Positions 13,598-23,400 of a DNA stretch of 33,597 bases are shown here, piece by piece. Under the pieces are notes generated by a model. That model saw only the letters and a program-made list of their open reading frames with translations, was not told the DNA's origin and ran no database searches. A program made the position numbers and the translations under genes. The stretch lies in the IMG/VR virus record IMGVR_UViG_3300006752_000008. The stretch is one strand, 5' to 3'. This DNA comes from a virus. Within the stretch, counting starts at the first letter, position 1. Each line of letters begins with the position of its first letter.

Positions 13598-14389
13598 ATG
13601 GAACGCAAAGGTTTCTTAGGTGGCAGTGATGCCAACCGTATCATGGCTGGTGATTGGCACAAGCTATGGCTTGAAAAGACAGGTCGTGTAGAGCCAGATG
13701 ATTTGTCTGGCAACATAGCAGTACGGCTTGGCAGTCATACTGAAAGCTTCAACCTCGATTGGTTTATTGAACAGCACCCAGATACAAATATATCTGCATG
13801 GCAATACCCAATGGAAATGAATTGGGAAGGCATACCACTCAAAGGTACTGCCGATGCTATGATACAGCCAGAGCCAGATAGCACAGCGCATGAAATGATT
13901 GAGTGCAAGCACACCCATGAGCGTAACAACATGGAAGCAGTGCTTCAACGATACATGCCACAGCTACAATTCTATATGTGGCTGGGCATAAAAGATGGCA
14001 TCTATGTATCTGTTATATTCGGTAACAATAGATGGGAATGTGTATACGTTAAGAAGGATTGGGATTACATCAACAAGATGCAAGTCCATCTAGCTGAGTT
14101 CTGGAAGTGTGTGACCACAGACACAGAACCAGCATCAGCCCCAGCACCAACATCTATAGATAAGATTCCTGTTGATGGCATGGTGCGTAGAGATGCCAGT
14201 GGTGACAATGAGTTTATCTCTATGTGTCACGACTACATTAAGTTTGCTGACGAAGCCAAGACATTTGATAACGTCAAATCAAATCTCAAGGATATGGTCG
14301 GTGATAACGAGCGAGAAGTTTATTGTGAACTTCTCACAATCAAGCGTGATAAGCGTGGTGCTTTGCGCTTCACAGTAAAGGAGAACTAA
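13598..14389 (+). CDS. YqaJ/lambda-Exo-type recombination exonuclease
   Basis: MERKGFLGGSDANRIMAGDWHKLWLEKTGR and the D...E-x-K motif (ADAMI...MIECKHT). ATG 13598 follows the cassette caaaggagaactaatATG. Confidence 0.85.
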   Translation: MERKGFLGGSDANRIMAGDWHKLWLEKTGRVEPDDLSGNIAVRLGSHTESFNLDWFIEQHPDTNISAWQYPMEMNWEGIPLKGTADAMIQPEPDSTAHEMIECKHTHERNNMEAVLQRYMPQLQFYMWLGIKDGIYVSVIFGNNRWECVYVKKDWDYINKMQVHLAEFWKCVTTDTEPASAPAPTSIDKIPVDGMVRRDASGDNEFISMCHDYIKFADEAKTFDNVKSNLKDMVGDNEREVYCELLTIKRDKRGALRFTVKEN

Positions 14390-14390
14390 G

Positions 14391-14825
14391 ATGCAAGAAT
14401 TATGTAAAGCTTTAATTAAGTTTCACAACTCAGGTGCCGCCGCGAAGAAGGGGGCTAACAATCCATTCTTCAAATCAAAGTATGCTTCACTAGAAGAAGT
14501 CATTGAGACTGTTCGAGCGGAGGCTGGGAAGTGTGGGCTTACATTCACACAGCTTGTGGACTTTGATGAAACGCATATGTTTGTAACTACAATACTTATG
14601 CATGAGTCAGGCGAGTCAGTCACAGGACGCACACCTATCCTGACTAAAGACAACACTGACCCACAGAAGATGGGATCAGGTATAACCTATGCTAAACGCT
14701 ATGGATTACAATCAGCGTTTGGTCTGCCATCTGAAGATGATGATGGAAATTCAGCAAGTATGCCAACGCCAAAAGTAAGTGGCGGCAAGTCAACAACAGC
14801 AACCAAAGATGAAGGAGCATGGTAA
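14391..14825 (+). CDS. erf: Erf-family single-strand annealing protein
   Basis: NPFFKSKYASLEEVIETV and GSGITYAKRYGLQSAFGLPSEDDDGN are hallmark Erf motifs. Confidence 0.88.
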   Translation: MQELCKALIKFHNSGAAAKKGANNPFFKSKYASLEEVIETVRAEAGKCGLTFTQLVDFDETHMFVTTILMHESGESVTGRTPILTKDNTDPQKMGSGITYAKRYGLQSAFGLPSEDDDGNSASMPTPKVSGGKSTTATKDEGAW

Positions 14826-15253
14826 TGGCTGAAGAATATGACAACACAAACTCGGGGGCTTTCTTTACCCCCTTCCCCGAACAGAAGTTTATACTTCAAG
14901 GCAAGGTCGATGTGTTTGGACACGAACACAAGACCATCCTAACAACAGCAGAGAACAAAGATGGTTCAAAGCGTATTGATGTCTGGGCAAAAGTCGGTGC
15001 CGTGTTCCCCAACGACAAGGGTGACAACGACAAGAAGCCCGACTACACAGGCTCAGTACAGTATGCTGGGTTGATGGATGAACAGGGCAAGTTCGGCAAG
15101 ATAAGGATTGCGGCATGGAAAAAACAAACTGAGGATGGCAAGAATTTTATGTCAGCCCAAGTGTCCATGCCTCAAACTCAGGTTGACAATCAACCACCAA
15201 CAGATAATAATCCTAGCAAGGATGTTGTCATTGATGATGACATTCCCTTCTAG
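14825..15253 (+). CDS. ssb: SSB-like single-stranded DNA-binding protein with a C-terminal DDDIPF tail
   Basis: The C-terminus ...VVIDDDIPF equals the canonical bacterial SSB tip. Lies in the recombination module. ATG 14825 is 7 nt after GGAG and overlaps the Erf stop (TAATG). Confidence 0.75.
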   Translation: MAEEYDNTNSGAFFTPFPEQKFILQGKVDVFGHEHKTILTTAENKDGSKRIDVWAKVGAVFPNDKGDNDKKPDYTGSVQYAGLMDEQGKFGKIRIAAWKKQTEDGKNFMSAQVSMPQTQVDNQPPTDNNPSKDVVIDDDIPF

Positions 15254-15271
15254 GATTAGTTGGGGGTTTGA

Positions 15272-15283
15272 TTAGTTCTCCTT
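15272..15283 (-). other. Orphan inverted copy of the early junction cassette AAGGAGAACTAA
   Basis: Exact 12/12 match on the - strand with no start codon behind it. Sits between the ssb stop and the convergent terminator. Confidence 0.6.
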
Positions 15284-15291
15284 CCTCCAAC

Positions 15292-15319
15292 AAGGGGCGA
15301 GTCGATGGGCTTGCCCCTT
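15292..15319 (+). terminator. Terminator hairpin at the convergence of the early and late arms
   Basis: AAGGGGCGAG-tcgatggg-CTTGCCCCTT (10 bp including one G-T pair), followed by ATTCTTT on the + strand. Confidence 0.7.
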
Positions 15320-15324
15320 ATTCT

Positions 15325-15771
15325 TTAGAGAACTAATCCACTCATATATTCTTTACCATTGTAGGTTAAAACTTCTTTGCGATTGCCTATAGTTTTGTAA
15401 CTACAATGAACCCAACCAGTATTGCCACCAGTATAATACTCAAGAATAAGCTGGTCGAAATCCATTGTCTCCTCAATGTAGGTAGCTAACTTGTAGTTAT
15501 CTACACCAGCCACCTCGAAGTCAGCCGCCTCGCCTTTAGCATGTTGAGAATGGATACTTGATCCGATAGCAACGCATAGCTCTGGACTACGATACCCACT
15601 GCTGGGGCTTATAGGCTTGCTGAAGTGCCATCTAATAGGCTCAAGTAGGTTGATACATAATTCTGTTAAAGCCTTTGTGTGTTCTTCTGAGGGCTGATTA
15701 GAGATACCTTTGCGTAATGCGGTCTGACTCTTAATCATTTCCTCTAAGCTAAAATTCTCTGATAACTGCAT
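15325..15771 (-). CDS. Endolysin, peptidase M15 (zinc D-Ala-D-Ala/L-Ala-D-Glu peptidase type)
   Basis: SGYRSPELCVAIGSSIHSQHAKGEAADF...WVHCSY fits the M15 H/D/H zinc-site pattern. It is the last gene of the late arm. Confidence 0.85.
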   Translation of the reverse strand: MQLSENFSLEEMIKSQTALRKGISNQPSEEHTKALTELCINLLEPIRWHFSKPISPSSGYRSPELCVAIGSSIHSQHAKGEAADFEVAGVDNYKLATYIEETMDFDQLILEYYTGGNTGWVHCSYKTIGNRKEVLTYNGKEYMSGLVL

Positions 15772-16109
15772 TACTTTTTCCTAAACCTATCTAATCCTTT
15801 TAAACCAAGACCAGCTAGGATGGTAACATACAATATGTTTTGATACCAATCAGGCAATTCAGCAATAACATCAAACCCACGTTTAGCTAAGTCAGGGTCT
15901 ATCCATGCCATGACACAAGGGGCAAGCACAACGATAGTTATTATCTCATCTTTCCAACTAGACTTTGTAGACTCAGCCATAATAAGTTCCCACTTACTAT
16001 CATGCTGTGCCGCAGTCTTTAGAATTTCAGACTTAGCTCGTTGCTTATCTACTTTACCTTCAAGAAAAGTCTGGGCTAAGTTGCCCACTACACCTAATAA
16101 CTGTATCAT
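15771..16109 (-). CDS. Holin-like membrane protein (3TM GTA-holin-like)
   Basis: An N-terminal amphipathic region is followed by ...AESTKSSWKDEIITIVVLAPCVMAWI... and a C-terminal LAGLGLKGLDRFRKK. Adjacent to the endolysin with a 1-nt overlap. Confidence 0.6.
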   Translation of the reverse strand: MIQLLGVVGNLAQTFLEGKVDKQRAKSEILKTAAQHDSKWELIMAESTKSSWKDEIITIVVLAPCVMAWIDPDLAKRGFDVIAELPDWYQNILYVTILAGLGLKGLDRFRKK

Positions 16110-16321
16110 TTTTTATTCTCATGCCCCATCCAGATGCCAAACGCGCCTGTCATAGCACCCATAACAACACTAACGAAAGCTGATTGTGAAGCAGTAGGCG
16201 CATCTAAATCCATAAACCATTCAGCGCAACGCCAACTCATCATGGTCATAACAAGCATCATGCCTCTAGGTAGAAGCGCGGCCTTGCGTGAGTAATCTAA
16301 TATTCTATCTATCATAGACAT
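16106..16321 (-). CDS. Small membrane protein (71 aa), lysis-cassette member
   Basis: Track ORF with hydrophobic segments GMMLVMTMMSW and FVSVVMGAMTGAFGIWMG. Overlaps both neighbours. Confidence 0.65.
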   Translation of the reverse strand: MSMIDRILDYSRKAALLPRGMMLVMTMMSWRCAEWFMDLDAPTASQSAFVSVVMGAMTGAFGIWMGHENKK

Positions 16322-16748
16322 AAGCCAACCAATAAAAGAATCCGATAATCGTACACACTAAAGCCAGACAAAGAACACTAATCAGTCCTACTTCGATCCA
16401 ATGCTGTATTTTTTTCCGCCTGTCTTGCGCTCTTTTGAGACGAGCTTTCCTAGCTTCAGCTTGAAATCTTACCCAATCTCCCCAAAGTCCGGGTCGACCC
16501 GTGTATATCATCAGTTGTTTTAGTTCTTCTTCTTGTTGTTTAAGCTTTTCTAAATGCATAAATTCTTCTAGCTCACCGCCAGAAGCCAAGACACTTCTCT
16601 TTTTTTTCTCGCCTAATTTTCTTAGGTCTTCAGTAGCATTGACATAATCAGAAACCTTAGACCCGACATCCGCAATACTCTTGCCGTTCATCAGTGCTGT
16701 TTTAATTACAGCAAATGCAGCGTTAGCCGCCGCTAATTCGGCAAGCAT
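16305..16748 (-). CDS. Coiled-coil protein with a C-terminal TM anchor (147 aa)
   Basis: Track ORF. A charged helical middle part is followed by WIEVGLISVLCLALVCTIIGFFYWLAYVY. Confidence 0.7.
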   Translation of the reverse strand: MLAELAAANAAFAVIKTALMNGKSIADVGSKVSDYVNATEDLRKLGEKKKRSVLASGGELEEFMHLEKLKQQEEELKQLMIYTGRPGLWGDWVRFQAEARKARLKRAQDRRKKIQHWIEVGLISVLCLALVCTIIGFFYWLAYVYDR

Positions 16749-16750
16749 AG

Positions 16751-16921
16751 CTAACCACGCAACACCATCGTGAGCAATAACACGATAGTTGTCCCAGCAG
16801 AACCAATCATAATATGCTCTATTCTTTTGATACGGATTATGGTTTCACGCCACCGTTCAGCACACACAGCTTCGTGTGTATCTATCTGTGACTTAACTGT
16901 TTGCGCTGTAGGCTTAGACAT
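16751..16921 (-). CDS. Small C-terminally anchored membrane protein (56 aa), not in the track
   Basis: Hand translation gives MSKPTAQTVKSQIDTHEAVCAERWRETIIRIKRIEHIMIGSAGTTIVLLLTMVLRG. The start overlaps the upstream stop (TAATG). Confidence 0.6.
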   Translation of the reverse strand: MSKPTAQTVKSQIDTHEAVCAERWRETIIRIKRIEHIMIGSAGTTIVLLLTMVLRG

Positions 16922-17301
16922 TAATCACCTACCAATGCGTTTTTCTTTGTGACACAAGAAGCTACAATAGCGGCGATAGCATCTTTAACTGTAGCGTCAT
17001 CAGTTCGTAACGCTTGAAGCTCATCATCAATAGAATAGCTCTGCCTTATTTCCTCAACACATTCTTGGTTCAAAATTTTTGCTTGAGGGCTGTTAGCCTT
17101 AACCCAATTTTTATCTGCCGTAGTTGTAGTAGTGGCAAGATCATCATTAGATGAAGAACATGAAGATGCAAAATCTGCTTCTAACAAAGCATAACCATTG
17201 CCATCCTCATCATACCCATACCATTGTGGGGCTTCCAACTCACTGTCGTAACCATCAGGTTCAATGATTTCGCCAGTCCATTTATAAAGTGCTTGAGCCA
17301 T
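16921..17301 (-). CDS. Acidic 126-aa protein downstream of the fibre gene (possible fibre assembly/chaperone)
   Basis: Track ORF. The functional call rests on position and acidic composition only. Confidence 0.7.
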   Translation of the reverse strand: MAQALYKWTGEIIEPDGYDSELEAPQWYGYDEDGNGYALLEADFASSCSSSNDDLATTTTTADKNWVKANSPQAKILNQECVEEIRQSYSIDDELQALRTDDATVKDAIAAIVASCVTKKNALVGD

Positions 17302-17312
17302 ATTACTTACCT

Positions 17313-19439
17313 CTAATTAAGTTGCATCCAAGATTCGATGTACTGGTCGCTAGACTCAATCTGTCCTTGAGCGTTGTAACCACGAACCAAGATAGTGCCA
17401 TCACTCATAAAGCAGAGTGAAGTTCCCTCTGAGTTATATGAATAGCCCATTGTTATAATAGCCTCGACACTTCTCTGAGTTTCCCCAACCCAGAAGTTAG
17501 TGGTCGTTGTTTCTGGTGTACTCATCGGACCAACATCTTGCCTAAAGTTAAGTATGTTAGTGTTGCCATGGTTGTTCTGATAATATGTAAAGCCTTGGCT
17601 GTAACCATTTACAAACAAATTACCAACACTATCTTCACAATAAATGTGACTTGTTGTTTGACCAAGGATACCAGACTGAGGCCAAATTTTTACAATGTCA
17701 GTTCTTGGGAAAGTAAGTGCAGTGCTAGTAGGCGCACTGTCAGCCGCAGTTGATGCAGTAGTGTTTGTGTAAAGCATAGTAGTGGATGGCTGAATTGGGC
17801 TTGATGAATTAGTTGTAGTGCCATTAGCTAATTGTGCATTACCATTATCACCCCATTGATATATCTCTCCATTAGGTGATGATGGAGTTCCACCAATAAC
17901 TACGCCAACAAAGTCTCGGCTTTGACCGTGAGCATACATCCGTGAGTATGTAGTAGAACCGCCAATCCTTGAATAAGCATTTGCATTAGACGTTGAGCCA
18001 GTTCCCAAAGCGTTATTGCCACCATACCCAGATGAGTAAAGCTCTCCGCTTTCGTTTAGATAATAACTTGTTCCATAATAAGTCCAGCCACCAGAATAGT
18101 ATTGGCAATTATTATTAATAATCTGATAAGCATTTGTTGCACCAGATATTTGTGTCCAAGTATTAACGGCAGTATTTTGTGCAGAAATACCAGCAAGATG
18201 ACCGTTGGTATTGTAACCTGTGGCAAAAACATTCTTGCTTCCATCAATAGCCATAGCTGAATGATAGCCAATTTCAATGTGAGTTACGTCACTCATTGTA
18301 GTTATTAACTGAGGGCGGTTTTGGTTAGTTGAGTTACCATTGCCCAACATACCGTTTCTGTTGTGACCCCAAACAAACAGTCTGCCTTGTTCATCAATAG
18401 CGTAACAAGAATGTTCTTGACCAGAACCTTCGCCACCACCCATTGTCCAGAACCCACACAAACGAGTGCCAGTACCACCGTGAGTTCTTCCCTGACCAAA
18501 CGCAGGAACGCGCACAAGGTTGTGCCGATCTAAAGTATCACCAACACCAAGCTGTCCATGACCATTGTAACCAGCCGCAAACAATCCGCCTTTGTTAGTC
18601 ATTACATAAAGATTGTAATACTGATACCAAATGCGAACAAAGTATTCGCCATCTTCTAATCCACCAAACTCAGGAGATATATTAGTTGTAATGCCTCTGC
18701 GATGAGTGTTGCCACCAGAGTTACCCATCACACGATAACCATCTGTGCCAGATAGAATGACTTCATGGTTTTGATTTAGATATGCAAAGCCACGATACCC
18801 ACCACCGTATCCTGTCAACTTATCTTGAAACATAAGAGGACTCATCTTTGGATTAGGTATACCGCTTTCGGGTATCCAGTTGTTTGCATAGTCAGCAAGC
18901 CAAGCCCTAGAGCCAGATGCCCCATAAGTGGTTGCCGCATTGTGATGAACAACTTGGTCATAGTTTGGCTTAAGATATTTTCTACCTGACAAAGCATCTA
19001 AAGGAGAAAATGTGACATCGCTACCTGATACTGTCAGAACCTCACCGTTGTTACCTCTGGCAAGACGAGTAGCATTACTGCCATCGTGAGTCATCAAGTC
19101 GCCTTGGGTTGTCAGGATGTTTGTGCCTTCAGCAACAATATCCCAATACACAGTGTTAGTTGAAGTTGGCTCATTAGTAGACCAGTAGCCAACACTAGCT
19201 GATGGTTGTTGCCCAGCAGTCGGTGTGACATTTATAAAGCGGTAAATAACTCCCCCATCACTAGCCAAGTCCCCAGAACTATAAACTGTAAGAGCGTTAT
19301 AAGCAGAAGCAGTTTGATCAATCTTGGCAATCCATGAACTGCCATTGTAACTAACCGCATCATTCTGGCTGTAAGCTGTGGTGTTTACCCATGCGCTTTT
19401 CCATGTGAATCTGATTTTTCCAATATCTATCGTTGCCAT
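17313..19439 (-). CDS. Tail fibre/receptor-binding protein with RCC1-like beta-propeller repeats
   Basis: About 7-8 repeats of the G-x-N-x-x-G-Q-L-G type: AAGYNGHGQLGVGD, VWGHNRNGMLGNGN, ATGYNTNGHLAG, SSGYGGNNALGTGS, QWGDNGNAQLANGT, VRGYNAQGQIES. The N-terminus has W..T.Y..ND.V.YNGS.W repeats (carbohydrate-binding-like). Confidence 0.85.
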   Translation of the reverse strand: MATIDIGKIRFTWKSAWVNTTAYSQNDAVSYNGSSWIAKIDQTASAYNALTVYSSGDLASDGGVIYRFINVTPTAGQQPSASVGYWSTNEPTSTNTVYWDIVAEGTNILTTQGDLMTHDGSNATRLARGNNGEVLTVSGSDVTFSPLDALSGRKYLKPNYDQVVHHNAATTYGASGSRAWLADYANNWIPESGIPNPKMSPLMFQDKLTGYGGGYRGFAYLNQNHEVILSGTDGYRVMGNSGGNTHRRGITTNISPEFGGLEDGEYFVRIWYQYYNLYVMTNKGGLFAAGYNGHGQLGVGDTLDRHNLVRVPAFGQGRTHGGTGTRLCGFWTMGGGEGSGQEHSCYAIDEQGRLFVWGHNRNGMLGNGNSTNQNRPQLITTMSDVTHIEIGYHSAMAIDGSKNVFATGYNTNGHLAGISAQNTAVNTWTQISGATNAYQIINNNCQYYSGGWTYYGTSYYLNESGELYSSGYGGNNALGTGSTSNANAYSRIGGSTTYSRMYAHGQSRDFVGVVIGGTPSSPNGEIYQWGDNGNAQLANGTTTNSSSPIQPSTTMLYTNTTASTAADSAPTSTALTFPRTDIVKIWPQSGILGQTTSHIYCEDSVGNLFVNGYSQGFTYYQNNHGNTNILNFRQDVGPMSTPETTTTNFWVGETQRSVEAIITMGYSYNSEGTSLCFMSDGTILVRGYNAQGQIESSDQYIESWMQLN

Positions 19440-19448
19440 TAGCTTCCC

Positions 19449-20357
19449 CTATGGAGTGTTAATTTGCAACACACCACTTGCAGAAATGGTAAATGTTACA
19501 TTTGGAGATGAGAAAAAATAATTGTCATAATCATTTAAGTCGAATGAACCAGCTACACCTAACTCACTATGGTCAACCTTTAATGTGCCAGTAGAGCCAT
19601 CAACATACAGACCATAGAACACACCGTTATTCTGTGCAGATGTAGCAAGTTGATAACCAGTTTCAGCAGGGTTTACTTCGAGAACTTTACCAGCCTCACC
19701 CACAAAATTAGTAGGAAGATTAGCCGCAGACAAAGTATTCGCGGCAGTTGTAGCTGATGTAGCCGCATTTGTTTCGCTTACAAGAGCCGCCGCCGCAGAC
19801 GTTGCCGCATTAGTAGCCGCAGTATTAGCGGCAGTTTGATTTGCAACCACATTATTGAGCGTGGTAATGGCAGGACCCGCAATAGCATCGCCATCGGCAT
19901 CGAATCCAAGCACATTACCAGCTCGGGAGGAAACAAGAGGAAGGTTTAGAGTAGCATCAGGGTCAGCAGGATTTAATTTAATAGACCTTGTAGACGCATC
20001 AGACAAATCACCAGCAATAGCAATCAATCTATCTAATTCTGTATTTAAAGCCTCAATGTTAAACACACCAGACAACGGAAAGTCTGTGGTTCTTTGAAGC
20101 GGAATGTCTCTAGTAATAACTACAGTGCTATTAGAGCCAACAGGTGCAACAGGAACAACAGTGCTAATAGTTCCAGTAGAACCATCGCCACCAGTTACAG
20201 TAAAATCTGCACCTAATGAAATTTGCACACCATTTAAGTAAACATCTAAGTCTTCTTGGTCGAAGAAAGAAAAAGTAACATTAAATAAAGACTGAGTATT
20301 ACCGCTTGTTACGGTATACGAATCTCTAGGTGTGTTATTATTTAACGAAATAGCCAT
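19449..20357 (-). CDS. Tail fibre protein with a T7 gp17-type N-terminal (tail-attachment) domain
   Basis: The pattern YTVTSGNTQSLFNVTFSFFDQEDLDVYLNGVQ...ITRDIPLQRTTDF...LNTELDRL is typical of podovirus fibre N-termini. An Ala/Thr-rich linker follows. Confidence 0.75.
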   Translation of the reverse strand: MAISLNNNTPRDSYTVTSGNTQSLFNVTFSFFDQEDLDVYLNGVQISLGADFTVTGGDGSTGTISTVVPVAPVGSNSTVVITRDIPLQRTTDFPLSGVFNIEALNTELDRLIAIAGDLSDASTRSIKLNPADPDATLNLPLVSSRAGNVLGFDADGDAIAGPAITTLNNVVANQTAANTAATNAATSAAAALVSETNAATSATTAANTLSAANLPTNFVGEAGKVLEVNPAETGYQLATSAQNNGVFYGLYVDGSTGTLKVDHSELGVAGSFDLNDYDNYFFSSPNVTFTISASGVLQINTP

Positions 20358-20389
20358 GCTCGAACCTTACTAGCCAAAAAAAATTCACG

Positions 20390-20399
20390 CAACGCACAA
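20390..20399 (-). promoter_or_regulatory. TTGTGCGTTG motif copy directly after the 1392-aa gene stop, upstream of the fibre genes
   Basis: The - strand reads TAAATTGTGCGTTGCGTgaattttttttggcTAGTAAggttcgagcATG. The 15-mer is identical to 3079..3093. Confidence 0.3.
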
Positions 20400-20400
20400 T

Positions 20401-23400
20401 TTAGAACCTACTTCTGGACATAGCGTCACCAGTTGCAGACACCATACCCTTCAGAAACCACAGCCTCATAAATGGCAAATTCTCTAATATGTTCTTTGAG
20501 CCTTCACCAAAGTTGCCAGACATAAATTCCATTAAGCCGTTGCGAACAAGATCGTCTGCAATACTAACACCAGCACCACCGTAACCAGTTGCAACAGAAC
20601 CATAGTCGCCTTCTTCTGGCGTAACTTTTGGATTAATAATCCCCATTCCCAAGTCGGGTCCACCTAATGCCGCAGATGTAGACATCGCTGTGTATAGCTG
20701 GTCAGTAAACAAAGCCAATAAACCTGATTGGTCTATAGACCTACCTAGTTTATCTTGCCAACTCATCTGTTCCCAATATCTTTGGCTACCTTCACTGTTA
20801 AATGGCTGGTTGTATTTAATGCTAAGAGACATATAGCCAAGCCCAACAGACAATGCCATTGCAGTAAATCTATTACGCACCTGTCCTTGAGCATACGCGG
20901 CAGTAATTTTGTTAGCCGCCGCAAAGCTGTATGACATAAACTGAAACGGCATACCCATTAAACCATTTTCAATTCGAGCATAGCCTCGAACCTTTGGGTC
21001 TTCTTTCATACCTAACTTACCAGCAATCCTCATAGGTATATGGAATATGCCATCAACAAGAACTGGTTTATCTGCTGGTGTACCCATAAGAATTGTATTC
21101 ATAATACCACTATTTAAAGAACCCCTGACATCATCCCTTAATTGTGTAAACACAGCATCAGTAGGCCATTTCTCAGTATTTAAAAGCCAGACACCAGAAC
21201 CATCGGGTCTGGAGTTTTCGATAATGTTCATGTCAACAAGCTGTTTAATTTGTTTTGCTTGGTCACTGCCGATATTGTACCGACTCATGTACCCCAAATC
21301 TAAATCTGACAACTTGCCGTTTGGATCTGCGCGTCTTAAAGCCATATCAACAATGGTATGTGCGCGGCACATGCTATCCATTTGCTTAAACACTCTTGTA
21401 AATGGAGCTAACAAATTCAGCATATAAAACACGTTCTTAGCTTCGTCTGCCGTTTTGTCGTAAAAGTTTTTGCTAAAGACATCATTAGATAATTCTTCAG
21501 TCACACGCATATGAGAAGAACCGTTAATGATATCCATTATTTCACCAGCTATTCTTCCCTCGTAAGCGTTCATGCGAACCCTCTGGTCGCCTATAACATC
21601 TGTCAGCACTTTCATAATAGTGCCAAGTTCATGCTCCATTACAATCTTAGCCATGTCTGGCAAAGTAGAGAACCCAGCAGAACCTAAGTAATTAAGCTGT
21701 GCGGCATCACGCATAACAGTTGCTAGTTTGTTACTCCATGTATCAGGCTCACGGAAAACAGTACCAACAACCCTGTCATACATAATAATAAAATCTTTGC
21801 GAACAGCGTTGATTTCATTAGTACTTTTACCAGCCGCCATCATCTCATCTTCGATGTCTTCTAAGACTTCATCTAATGACTTTGAGTTAAACTTCTTAGC
21901 GTACTCATATCGAGGAGCAACACGATTAGTGTATGCTTTCATAACAACAATAGGGTCGTTCTGAATAAAATCAAAAACTAAGCTATTAGGTATATCTAGT
22001 TCTCTGTGCTTGAAATGCTTAGACTTTCCCATGCCAAAGAAAGACACAGGCTCGGCAGTTAAATCGTCTAAACCTAAAATCTTATCAACAGTATCTTCTG
22101 CTCTCTTGCGTATATCTCTAGGATTCGGAGACATATCTGTTTCTTGATACTTACCTTGTTTATCACGACTTACAATCTTAGGATTACGCTCGTACCAGTT
22201 CTGTAGTATTTGAGTAAACTTTTCTTTATTAGCTATGATAGCATCTCTATCCCAATATCTAGGAAACATATCTTCTGCATCTGGCGCAAGCCTTGAAACA
22301 TCAGTCAAACCATCAAGCGTTGTAGTAAGCTCATCAATTTCTTTTGTGTATCTATAAGTACGTTCTTCAAGAGCAACAAGATAAGCACGTTGACGCGGAG
22401 TTAATGTCTTGCTTTTCTTACCAGTCTTAAATTCGTTTATTTCTTTAGTTAATTTTTTTAAGAGATTTAATTGATTTACAGTCAAACCTTTAACTTGTTC
22501 TTCATCTATTAACTTCTGAACAATTTTAACTTTCTTAGAGATTTGATTGTTAATGTAATCTGTATTCTTGCCTTCCTTTGCGCGTAGTTCATCGCGTATC
22601 TTTACTGCTTCAGCAAGCCTACGTTCTTTAAATATCTTAGAGTTTTCAAAAAACTTTCGAGTTCCAATCAACCCAACGTCTTCTAATCTCTCGCCCCATT
22701 TTTTATAAAAGTCTCGCAACACTTGAATAGATTCATTCTCTAAATCTGTTGCGCCTTTTTCACCCATGATATATTTGCGATTATCTTCTTTAGCAAAATC
22801 ATCAAAACCTCTTGGGCGAGTATCTGCAATTCTGCCAATAGGAGTTTTAATACCAGCAAAATCTGCAATAGTACCGTTGCCTTTTTTACTTAATCTAGCA
22901 AAATTACTAATAAGAGCGTCCATAACTTGAACGTATTCGCCCTCACGAACCTTTGCCATTACATAAGCAGAATGTCCATTTGTAAGGCCAATCTTATTTA
23001 GGTTCATATACTGAGCATTATCACCAAACGCATCTACAAATTTCTTTTTAATTGTAGTTGGTATGTTTCCTTGCAGGGTAGCCTTCATTGGAGTGGGAAC
23101 AAGATTGTTGTATATCCAACTATTAGTGAACCAGCTATCCGCTAGACGATAAGGATCGTCTATAGCTTGCTCAAAGTTTCTTACAGACTCCATTCTTCTG
23201 AAGATTTTTTCTTGCTTTAAATCAATTAAGTCAGCTTCGGCTCTTGCCTTTGCTTTCTCAAGGTTGTCTAAGTCTTGTTGCTTAATAGGTGTTTGCTTGC
23301 CAGTACGGTCAAAGTCTTTTTTAGTAAGTACTTCGTACTTTCCTTTAGGAATAATAATATCAGCATCAGTATAAACAACGCTCTCGCCCATAGCTTCTTC

